Shown: positions 53,129-62,249 of the stretch, in pieces
Layout: each line of letters opens with the position of its first letter
Position numbering within the stretch: position 1 is the first letter of the stretch
From: an uncultured delta proteobacterium
GTDB lineage: Bacteria; Desulfobacterota; Binatia; UBA9968
Assembly (NCBI GenBank): GCA_963755715.1
Contig: CAVWLW010000054.1
Coordinates: 1 to 64,000 of the forward strand
Reading direction: 5' to 3'
DNA: 64,000 bases
Notes under the pieces: model-generated
Told to the model about the DNA's origin: nothing
The model's input: only the letters and a program-made list of their open reading frames with translations
Database searches by the model: none
Made by a program: the position numbers and the translations under genes

Positions 53129-53557
53129 ATGTCGCATGCTAAATCCTTACGAGTGATCGGTCAGACACTGGAAGCCGCGCGGGTGACGACGTTCAAGCTG
53201 GAGAAACATGCCCAACCCTACCGCTTATGGATAGCAGATCGTCTTTTCTCTTTCGGTCCAGCTGATATTTCGCGCCTCGATGCAAAGGCGCAAAAACGCC
53301 GGAAAAACCAATCTAGTTCTACGCGACGGCCAACATCGCTGTCTCAGCAGCTACGCGCTTTGGGCGGTTATCTCGACAGAATCGAGGTTAGCTCTTTTCG
53401 TATTGTGTGGACTGCTGGTTCGGCTCTTCTGGATTATGAACGAATTAATGGAGAGCGGAATTGTAGAGCTTTTACAGCTGAAGAATTGCGGCATCAGGAT
53501 CTACACCGGAGTTTGCTACGGTCCAGCCATCAGCTTTTCCCGCGGCTGGATAACTGA
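53129..53557 (+). CDS. Hypothetical protein with internally repeated LR.(I/L)G..L(D/E) motif
   Basis: GGAGG RBS; SLRVIGQTLE and QLRALGGYLD; resembles 55993..56508. Confidence 0.6.
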   Translation: MSHAKSLRVIGQTLEAARVTTFKLEKHAQPYRLWIADRLFSFGPADISRLDAKAQKRRKNQSSSTRRPTSLSQQLRALGGYLDRIEVSSFRIVWTAGSALLDYERINGERNCRAFTAEELRHQDLHRSLLRSSHQLFPRLDN

Positions 53558-53659
53558 GCGTCACAGCCTCCAGCCCATCGGAATAGGTCTAGAAACTCGG
53601 GAGGGTAACATATTCTCGCCGAATCTCACGCGCCTGTTTATCATTCCTTAACCCGGCAA

Positions 53660-53720
53660 AACTCGCCATGTCCGCAGATGTCCATCGGCGGTCCACTCCG
53701 TGAACTCTATCTGCGGCCCC
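53660..53720 (-). pseudogene. Tiny remnant of an ATP-dependent DNA ligase C-terminal OB domain
   Basis: QIEFTEWTADGHLR. Confidence 0.45.
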
Positions 53721-54523
53721 AAGATGAGATGTGCTAAAGCCTCTGCTCGGATGAGCGAATAAAGTGTGCGGCGCTTCTCCACCAATTGCGCCAGATAAAA
53801 CATGTTGCCAGACGACGTCCGGAGTGTCGCTATCCGCTTCCAGTTCGATCGCCTTGCTGCACGGACGGCTCCGACGCTGACAGCGTCGACGACTCGTTTA
53901 GCAGCCATAATTAAAATCCAAACAAATTTGACCCAGCGCGACAAATCAAGGTCGCGGATCTCCTTTATTGATTTGCCGAGGTGACCTTGCAGGAACTTAT
54001 GGAGCTGCCGACAAAACACAGCGTCGGTAAGTGCGCGACAGCCCCTATACTGCTCGTGCTCAATTTCGGTCTTTAAAAAGAGCTTATCGGGTGCTGCGCC
54101 AAGTAAAACGGCGGCAATCAGAATCCCTATTTCACCGGAATGTTTTTTTGTAGGTTTTCAAGCCTTCACTAGACACCCAAATCGGCGGCCAATTTCGGCA
54201 CCCGGCAAGATTCATCTGCGGGTGTTTTCGAAGCTGCATGATGAACCGTGGCTTAACACAATGATTCGAGAAGAAATAGCAACTTTCTGACAAATCACGT
54301 GGCACAGTTGTCCAGCCGCACGGGAGGGAATTTCAGTCTTCAAATATTTCGGCGGGATCGCCCAGTTGACCTGGTTACTCCCTTCTAAGGAATTTCAGGC
54401 AAAGTTGCCGCCAGTTTTTCAGCCGTTCAGGTTGCATGCGCCGCTTGAATCTCTCCAAAGCTCTTTCAATGTCTTGGTATGCCGCTTGCTCCTTACGGTG
54501 GCGGGAAAGAAAGAAGACAGCGC

Positions 54524-54745
54524 ATGTCAGTTAAACCCTCTTCGCACTCTCGAATCAAAACGATTAAAGTTATCTGTGACCGCTGCAAACAAATCGTTGA
54601 GGGAATTCGAGGCGAAGAGTTTATCGCTGGATTTTATGACATGACAAAGTGGGAAGAGTACCGGCGCGAGAACGAACAGTACGTGTGTGATTCGTGTATG
54701 TTCGCTGATCCTAAATACGTAGAGCGTTACGGCTCTTGCTTCTAG
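54524..54745 (+). CDS. Small CxxC...CxxC (zinc-binding) hypothetical protein
   Basis: ICDRCK and VCDSCM in a 73-aa ORF. Confidence 0.5.
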   Translation: MSVKPSSHSRIKTIKVICDRCKQIVEGIRGEEFIAGFYDMTKWEEYRRENEQYVCDSCMFADPKYVERYGSCF

Positions 54746-54877
54746 CTTTGGATAGAGTCACGCCCGCGGGTGCGTGGTCGCGTACACCGTCTTCATCGAG
54801 AATGCAGGCATCGCAAAATTGAAAATCTAATTGCTGGCCCGCCTAAAATCCCTTACTATTATAGTTTTACCGTCCGT

Positions 54878-55387
54878 ATGGGAGGTCTGGTGAGGGCGCA
54901 ACGAAATCGAAAGGTTTTCTTACAATGGGTCAAGTCCCTGACAAAGCCGGCATGGGCACCATCATTGGTGTTCGCAATTCACGTGATTGCATATAGCGTT
55001 TTCCATCTGTATGAAACGCATCCTCTGTTTGATATTCCCATGCACTTTTTCGGCGGCCTTGCGATGGCATACTTTTTAGACAAGGCGTCCGTTAATGCTT
55101 CGGTTATGTTTGCTGGTGCACCACCGAACCGCCTGATAGAAAGCCTGCTCGTCTTTACGTCCACATGCACGGTCGCAGTATTCTGGGAGTTTGGGGAATT
55201 TGTTTTGAGTTGGTCTCTTTCCGTTAACTTACAGGATGGTCTAGCCGATACAATGAAGGATTTATTTTTCGGCATGACTGGGAGTGTTTTCTATGTTGCG
55301 GCAGTTAGCCTTTCTCTCCAAACGGCTTCACGTCTTCTAAACTGGGGCGAACTCAATCGAGTGATACTTAACCCGGAAGAAGAATAA
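54878..55387 (+). CDS. Membrane protein (DUF2238/VanZ-like)
   Basis: FDIPMHFFGG, WEFGEF, DTMKDL; four TM segments. Confidence 0.65.
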   Translation: MGGLVRAQRNRKVFLQWVKSLTKPAWAPSLVFAIHVIAYSVFHLYETHPLFDIPMHFFGGLAMAYFLDKASVNASVMFAGAPPNRLIESLLVFTSTCTVAVFWEFGEFVLSWSLSVNLQDGLADTMKDLFFGMTGSVFYVAAVSLSLQTASRLLNWGELNRVILNPEEE

Positions 55388-55992
55388 ATTTAGTTCGCTC
55401 TGCGGATCTTTCGGGCCACCAGTACACGATCACAAATGTTTACGGGTGCGAAGCAGGAAGCGGGCCGCACTGTTCAACGCGCCTTCCACTAGGTTCGACC
55501 TAGATAATGCAGGCTGACCGGCGTTCGACAGCCGTTTCGCCCGATAGTATCGAAACAGCGCCGCACATCATAGCGCCAAGGGCTGAGCACGGCTCTTCCA
55601 ATCAGATACCTTGCGTCTAGCAGACACACATATGGAGGCAGCTATCGTTAGCGGCCAAAGCTAAGATAACCGAAACACTCGAAATTTTTGGTCGAGAACG
55701 AAAGGTCTTCTTTGTGTCCGCGCTTAACCAGCTACAGCTAGAGTTATTTTCTTCTACCGGGAATCGGGGTTGAACGCTTGCGGATTATGAGCAACATGGG
55801 CGCTGGATTGGCTTGCGGGAGCTGAGGTCTACACGATTCTCTCTGTAAACCGGCCGCTCAGCTAATTACCAAGATCAGGGACAAGGGAACGTTTCTTATA
55901 TGCTTTGATATCCTTCCGGAGCCACAGGAACTAACGCCCACGTCTGAAGATTTTTTCATGTGCAATCAGAGAACGGCTGTGATCGCGGCTCG

Positions 55993-56508
55993 TTAATTGT
56001 ACCGAGCTTGATTGTTTTCGTGTAAGGCGCTGAAACGAGTATATCGGCTACCGTTAATGCTTGAGGTTCCTCTCAGTTTGTACATGCTGATGCACAGTTC
56101 GTAAATGGCAGAGCCCGTGAGGTCTTCAACGACTCGGTCGCCCTGAACCGTCTCGTATTCAATCTTTAGGACAGGCATCGTACCAGTCGAGGCTGTATTG
56201 AAAACACTCAGTAAGCGACCTTGCTTACTGCTTGCATAGGTCGCGACTGCCCACAAGATTTCGGCCAAGCTTAGAAAGTCCTTGACCGGCGAAAGGTGAT
56301 CATTTTTTTCCCGCGCCTCGCGATCCAACCGCTCGATATCACTTAAAGCATAATACAAGCTGACCGGGGTAACAGCTGGAGGCGATTGATAACCACCCTC
56401 GACAACGAAAAGGTTAGCTTCGCATCGTATAAGAAAGGTTCTGATACCGCGCCAGTCTAGGTCGCGGCCGATCGTGCGTAAAGCTTCTGAACAAAGACTA
56501 ATGGACAT
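55993..56508 (-). CDS. Hypothetical protein, paralog of 53129..53557
   Basis: EALRTIGRDLD and SLAEILWAVATY repeated units. Confidence 0.6.
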   Translation of the reverse strand: MSISLCSEALRTIGRDLDWRGIRTFLIRCEANLFVVEGGYQSPPAVTPVSLYYALSDIERLDREAREKNDHLSPVKDFLSLAEILWAVATYASSKQGRLLSVFNTASTGTMPVLKIEYETVQGDRVVEDLTGSAIYELCISMYKLRGTSSINGSRYTRFSALHENNQARYN

Positions 56509-56547
56509 CTATAAATCTTCCTCTGGCTAGGCGTCGAGCCTAATCCA

Positions 56548-56563
56548 AGCATAAAGAATGCCA
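56548..56563 (-). promoter_or_regulatory. Sigma54 promoter
   Basis: Minus strand TGGCATTCTTTATGCT, 40 bp upstream of the ATG at 56508. Confidence 0.55.
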
Positions 56564-57536
56564 TGCTGGAAGAATAGTTCTGGAAGTGACTGAGGCAGCA
56601 AAATCTTACAAATAAGGCCGAGTCCATCCACTCGGGCGAGGAGTAGCTAAATCGTTAGGCACCCATTTGCCCAACCGACGACAATCGCTTGACGGGTTTG
56701 TCAAGTTTTACTGATGAGCGCGAGAACCGTCTTTCCAGGCCTTTTAGCTGTGTCCGGGCGCATGGCTTCTCTGAATCACATCCCAAGGTGTGCTCGAATG
56801 GTACGGTATGGCGCTCTCGCCCGAATACTCGGGAGCGTTTTGCTTCGAGCCAGACTCCCCATGTATTTGCATGGCAGGAATGTCAATTTGTCAAAAATAT
56901 CCAACGCTCGCCGACTACCAGAAATGACTAAGGTAACCGGCGACTGTTCAGATCCTCATTTTTTTTACTGTCATGGCACAATCCGTGTTCTGCCAGATGC
57001 CGATCAAGCGCATGATGCGCATAGAGTTGATGCGATGAATTGACATTCCAACGTGGTCACCAAGGGATATCAGGGAGCGAGTGGTGAAACCGGCACCCAC
57101 TCGATGCGATCGGTCCCACCTCATACCGACACTCCGACCGCTTGCGCGCCTCGAGACGCCGTGCTTTGCGCGGACCATCCTCGGTTGATCGCTTGACCAT
57201 GGTTTGCTCGGCTTACGCCGCGATAGGTATCGGCACGTTGTATCGGCTGCCTAATTCTCGGCGTACCCACACTGATTCCACAAAAATCGCCACTGAGGAA
57301 CGAGCTAGATCGAAGAGCCGGTTGGACCGTCGTAAGCTTCGCAAGCATTGTCTTGAAGAACAGATCGATTGAAACGGAGAACCGCGAATCCCTCGATATA
57401 CGTGCTCCACTGTAAGTGGATTGAGGACAGCAAGCTCAAGCGCCAAGAAAAAAATCGGCGGAAGTTGGGCATGAATTTTATTGCGGCTCTAAGCAAGATT
57501 CGATAACGTCGTCACATCCATCGGTTATCTTGAATT

Positions 57537-58007
57537 ATGTTCGACATTCACGCATCGCCGGCTTTATACCGGATTCTAATCGCACTTCATCTCCTGGGAG
57601 CCTCGGTTTGGATCGGCGGTCATCTGGTGCTGGCGACGACCCTTCTTCCACGAGCGCTGCGCAATCGTGACCCATCCATCATCCTCGACTTCGAGAAGGG
57701 ATTTGAAAGGATCGGTTTACCGTCGCTCCTGCTCCAAGTGGTCACCGGCCTTTTGCTCGCTTATCGCTGGCTGCCGGAGATCAGCGCCTGGTTTAGTTTG
57801 GATTCGAATGTCTCGATCTACGTGGCCACCAAGTTGGCGCTCTTAACGGCGACTCTCGGCTTGGCACTCAACGCGAATTTTCGCGTGATTCCCAATATCA
57901 ACCGGGATAACCTGCATGTGCTCGCCTGGCACATCGTTTTGGTCACTATTATGTCTATCGGTTTTCTCCTCGCTGGAGTTGCTATTCGCACCGGCGGCCT
58001 TTTCTAA
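57537..58007 (+). CDS. CopD-family copper resistance membrane protein
   Basis: LHLLGASVWIGG, VVTGLLL, KLALL, AWHI. Confidence 0.75.
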   Translation: MFDIHASPALYRILIALHLLGASVWIGGHLVLATTLLPRALRNRDPSIILDFEKGFERIGLPSLLLQVVTGLLLAYRWLPEISAWFSLDSNVSIYVATKLALLTATLGLALNANFRVIPNINRDNLHVLAWHIVLVTIMSIGFLLAGVAIRTGGLF

Positions 58008-58075
58008 ATTGAAAGCCATTCAACGGATTGCTGAAACCGAATCCTAAGGGTTCGCGGCTCGGCCATGGCGAATTC

Positions 58076-60358
58076 TCAAGACCCGCGCGACTCGGACTCT
58101 TCGGTAAAGAGCAAACGCGGCAAATTCCCGTCGGCTGCGATGCGACGCGGATTGGGAAAGCGCACGGCGCGCCAACAAAGCCAGACTAGAGGAAAAGCGC
58201 CGCCTACTATGAACACAGCGTCTCCCGGCAGGCGGGCCCACTCTAGCATGTTCACCCACGAGAGCATGAGAAAGTCGAGGCTGCGCGCATGCCAGTAGCC
58301 CGTGTCGACCGCATAGTACAGTTGCACGATCCCTAGTGGGAAAAGATTGAAAAAAGCCATCCAGGTCAAGCCGATATTCAACGACCAAAACGAAATCATG
58401 GCAGCACGATCGCTCCACTTCTCCGCTTCTGTCAAGTAACGCAGGCAAAACAACAATAGGCCGGCCGCTAACATGCCGTACACACCCATCATAGCCGTGT
58501 GGCCGTGATTGGCGGTCAGAGCGGTGCCGATTTCATAGTAACTGACCACCGGCAGATTGATGAGGAATCCGAACACGCCGGCGCCGAGAAAGTTCCATAC
58601 TCCGACAGCGACTAGGAACCGCACGGCCCAACGGTGCATATGATAGCGCTCACGCGTCTGCTTTTCGCCGGATTTGATAAAGCTCCACGCTTCCAGGGTA
58701 AGCAACATCAGAGGAATCACTTCCATCGCTGAGAACGTCGCGCCGAGCGCCATGTGCGCCACCGGCGTGCCGCTGAAGTAGAGATGGTGCATCGTGCCGA
58801 GTACACCCCCGAGTGAATAAAGAATGATGTCCAGATAGATGACGCGCAGCGCCGTCGCTTCACGAACCACGCCGAGCAAGACAAACATGTAGGCGACGAT
58901 GACCGTTGTAAATAACTCTAGAAAATCTTCCACCCAAAGGTGCACGACCCAAAAACGCCAAAAATCGTTGACCACGAAACCCTTGTGCGGGCTGGTGAGA
59001 AGCCCGACGGCGTAGAAGGCCGGTATCGCGAGGGCTGCGTAGAACAGTAACCACGGCATGTTGCCAAAGTGTTCTTCTCGAAGCGTCCCGCGCAGTCCGC
59101 GAAAGAGAATAAAGACCCAGAGAAACAGGCCGATCACCAGGAGGATTTGCCATAATCTGCCCAGATCCAAATACTCCCATCCTTGATGGCCGAGCCAAAA
59201 CCAAAGATCACCTAACCAGCCCCGAGCACCGGCGTATTCACCCGCGAGGCTGCCAAACACCACGATCGCGACGGCGACGAGAAGCAGTATCGTGAGAGCG
59301 CCCTGACCGCGCGGCTCCTTTCCTGCGATGAGCGGGACGATAAATATTCCCGTAGCCAGGTAAGACGCCGAGACCCAAAAAATCGCCAGCTGCACGTGCC
59401 AGGTGCGCACGATATTGAATGGCAGCACACTTGATAGATCGACGCCGAAAAAAACTCCCGGCTCCGCTCGATAGTGAGCGATCAGACCTCCCGTAAGTGT
59501 CTGCAGGACGAAAAGCAAAGAGGATACGAGAAGAAACCAAACGATAGCTCTTTGGGCTGAAGTCACGGCGACCTCATGGACCGGTCGAAAACGAACCGGC
59601 TTTGACTCACTGTCACTCCAACCGAGCCAATCGTAGCGTCCGAAGAAATAGAAAACCAGCCCGGTGCCGCCCAAGAGTCCGATAATCGAAATTACGCTCC
59701 AAATGACGGCATCCCCGGTAACAAAGTTTCCCGCCAGCGGCTCCGGCGGCCAATTGCTCGTGTACGAGTAATTCTTGCCGGGACGGTTCGCCGTCGCTGT
59801 CCAAGCAGTCCAAGCAAAAAATGCCGTCAGGCGACGAATGTCGTCTCGGTCCGCGATCCAGTTTGCTTGGGCGCCACCGCGGCTTTGCGTCGACTGAAAG
59901 AAGGACTGATAGTACTCGACCATCATTTCGTGCGCCTCGGCTCTCGGCACGCTCCAGCGAAGCGCATCTTCCGATTCGTTGTAGGTATTTTCGTGTAGCT
60001 CCGCGGCAACCCGATCACGCGCGGAAACACCGCTCAGCGGCGCGCCTTGGTAACGCTTGGCTAGAAACTCCGACGTCTTGTGAAGATACTCGGCGGTAAA
60101 ATCAGGACCCAAGTAGGCGCCGTGACCATAGATCGACCCGTACTCCATCAGGCCGTTGCGTTGAAAAACGTTCATGCCGCTCATGATGTCGTCGCGGGTG
60201 AAAAGTGCCTTATCACCTGCCACAACGCGCGCCGGCAATGGCGGCTGATCGCGGTAGACCAAATAAGCGAGAATTCCCAAGACCGTAAAGCCGATCAAAT
60301 ACGTAACCATCGCGCCTTGAAACCATCGACTGGAGATCGGCATCATTCTTTGTGCCAT
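58076..60358 (-). CDS. norB: Quinol-dependent nitric oxide reductase (qNor)
   Basis: 760 aa; GHGAYLGPDFTA, WVVHLWVEDFLE, GTMHHLY, HGHTAMMGVYG. Confidence 0.95.
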   Translation of the reverse strand: MAQRMMPISSRWFQGAMVTYLIGFTVLGILAYLVYRDQPPLPARVVAGDKALFTRDDIMSGMNVFQRNGLMEYGSIYGHGAYLGPDFTAEYLHKTSEFLAKRYQGAPLSGVSARDRVAAELHENTYNESEDALRWSVPRAEAHEMMVEYYQSFFQSTQSRGGAQANWIADRDDIRRLTAFFAWTAWTATANRPGKNYSYTSNWPPEPLAGNFVTGDAVIWSVISIIGLLGGTGLVFYFFGRYDWLGWSDSESKPVRFRPVHEVAVTSAQRAIVWFLLVSSLLFVLQTLTGGLIAHYRAEPGVFFGVDLSSVLPFNIVRTWHVQLAIFWVSASYLATGIFIVPLIAGKEPRGQGALTILLLVAVAIVVFGSLAGEYAGARGWLGDLWFWLGHQGWEYLDLGRLWQILLVIGLFLWVFILFRGLRGTLREEHFGNMPWLLFYAALAIPAFYAVGLLTSPHKGFVVNDFWRFWVVHLWVEDFLELFTTVIVAYMFVLLGVVREATALRVIYLDIILYSLGGVLGTMHHLYFSGTPVAHMALGATFSAMEVIPLMLLTLEAWSFIKSGEKQTRERYHMHRWAVRFLVAVGVWNFLGAGVFGFLINLPVVSYYEIGTALTANHGHTAMMGVYGMLAAGLLLFCLRYLTEAEKWSDRAAMISFWSLNIGLTWMAFFNLFPLGIVQLYYAVDTGYWHARSLDFLMLSWVNMLEWARLPGDAVFIVGGAFPLVWLCWRAVRFPNPRRIAADGNLPRLLFTEESESRGS

Positions 60359-60740
60359 TTAAACCTCCACAAATGATGTTCTCGCATCAAACAATACGAA
60401 GTGCCGGATGGAGTTTACTTTCTTCCGTCCGTGGTTTTGACATGGCACTCTTGCGGCTAAACGCTGACGATCAGAAGCAGTCGTTCGCTCTACCAACAGA
60501 CCCATATCAGCGCCGAGTAAAACCTGTCAAATTAGATTGTTAGCTCTTGGTTTCTTAACTCTTCTCGACGCAAACTCATGCTGTCATCGACGATTCGTCG
60601 CCACTGAGAATCTTCCTGGCGCGTATTCGCTGATCCAAAAATCGCCCTTGCGACTAAAACGGCACGAAAAAACACCCGCTTGGAGCCGATGGGTTGCCAA
60701 ATACATCGCTACACGATAATATCGTTATACGATATATTTT

Positions 60741-61166
60741 ATGGAAAGAAAATGTCGCCAAACCGATTTCCGCGCGATGGCTGAGCTCCGATATCAGATC
60801 CGCCGCTTCATGCGGTTCAGCGAAAATGCCGCGCAGCAGGCGGGCATGGAACCCCAACAACACCAGTTGCTCCTGGCTTTGAAGGGCCTGCCGCGCGGCA
60901 TGAAACCAACCATCAACGCCTTAGCAGAGCGGTTGCAACTCCAGCATCACAGCACCGTCGGGTTGGTCGATCGGCTTGTGGAGCGAGGATTTCTGGTGCG
61001 CTTGCGGGCCACCGATGACCGACGCCACGTACTGATAAAATTAACCAGCGAAGGCGAGGAATGTCTGCGCCGCCTCGCTTCGCATCATCTCCAAGAGCTG
61101 CGCTCCGTCGGGCCCGAGTTCGTCACGATCCTGCAAAGTTTGATGGAAAGCGTCGCGGTATCTTAG
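60741..61166 (+). CDS. MarR-family transcriptional regulator
   Basis: LAERLQLQHHSTVGLVDRL, DRRHVLIKLT. Confidence 0.9.
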   Translation: MERKCRQTDFRAMAELRYQIRRFMRFSENAAQQAGMEPQQHQLLLALKGLPRGMKPTINALAERLQLQHHSTVGLVDRLVERGFLVRLRATDDRRHVLIKLTSEGEECLRRLASHHLQELRSVGPEFVTILQSLMESVAVS

Positions 61167-61217
61167 CAAGTATGAGGATTTGAGAACCTAAAACAATCTC
61201 AAGAAAGGAGAAGAAGA

Positions 61218-62066
61218 ATGGCAAATCAAAACGAAATGGCTCAGGAGGTGCTGCTCGACGTCAGAGTCGCGGACGCTTCGCGCTGGTATAAATTTTACTT
61301 AAACCAGGAAAAGAAAATCCTCGGCACTTTGTCAGTGGGAATCTTCCTGATTATTTGGGAGTTGACCGGCAACGTTTTTCAGTGGATCAATCCGATGTTC
61401 ATGAGCTCGCCGTCGCTTATTTTCAAGGCCGCCGTCGAGATGTTTCGCTCCGGAGAAATATATCACGACCTGTACGTGAGCGGGATCGAGTTTCTCGGCG
61501 GATATTTTCTCGCCGCCGCGGTCGCGATTCCATTCGGCATTTTGGTCGGCTGGTACAAACGCATGAGCTACGTGTTCGATCCATTCATCAATGCCATGAA
61601 TGCCACGCCGCGGGTCGCGCTCTTGCCGCTGGTCATCATCTGGCTAGGCATCGGCATTCTTTCCAAAGTCGGCATTATTTTTCTCGGCGCGGTGTTTTCG
61701 ATCCTGATCAATACGCGGGATGGCGTTAAAACCACGCCGCTGAATCTGCTGAACGCAGCGAGAAGCTTCGGCGCCTCCGAATGGATGGTCTTTAAGACTG
61801 TCGTGCTTCCTTCGACGGTGCCGTTCATTCTCACCGGTTTGCGTCTCGCGGTCGGTCGCGCGCTGGTCGGCGTGTTGGTCGGTGAGCTCTACGCGGCAAC
61901 CGCGGGCATCGGTTTCATGATCACCGTGGCCGGAGCGACGTTTCAAACGGATAAGGTCTTTGTCGGTGTCGGTATTTTCGCGCTTAGCGGCATGATTGGC
62001 ATGGAGTTGCTCACCAAGATCGAACGAAGATTCGACCGGTGGCGGCCCCAAGTCGGCGCGCTCTGA
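61218..62066 (+). CDS. ABC transporter permease (NitT/TauT family)
   Basis: PRVALLPL, NAARSFGA (EAA loop), GLRLAVGRA. Confidence 0.9.
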   Translation: MANQNEMAQEVLLDVRVADASRWYKFYLNQEKKILGTLSVGIFLIIWELTGNVFQWINPMFMSSPSLIFKAAVEMFRSGEIYHDLYVSGIEFLGGYFLAAAVAIPFGILVGWYKRMSYVFDPFINAMNATPRVALLPLVIIWLGIGILSKVGIIFLGAVFSILINTRDGVKTTPLNLLNAARSFGASEWMVFKTVVLPSTVPFILTGLRLAVGRALVGVLVGELYAATAGIGFMITVAGATFQTDKVFVGVGIFALSGMIGMELLTKIERRFDRWRPQVGAL

Positions 62067-62173
62067 TAGTGCAGCATCGCGATCCGACGGCTAGAGCGGG
62101 CTGGCACATCTGCGGGTGTTTACCTGCCTGATCGCCTCCCCGACTAATTTCTCGGCCAACCAGATTTGCTGAA

Positions 62174-62201
62174 CTCATGGGCGCGCTAGCGCGCCCATGA
62201 G
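62174..62201. repeat. Perfect 28-bp palindrome
   Basis: CTCATGGGCGCGCTAGCGCGCCCATGAG. Confidence 0.8.
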
Positions 62202-62249
62202 AGTGTATGGGTGTATCCCGATTTGAACAACTACGAGGTGAAAGATTAA

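Noticed and set aside
56689-57496. Short ORFs between the sigma54-driven gene and copD
   Set aside because: No recognisable motifs; probably decayed or non-coding DNA.
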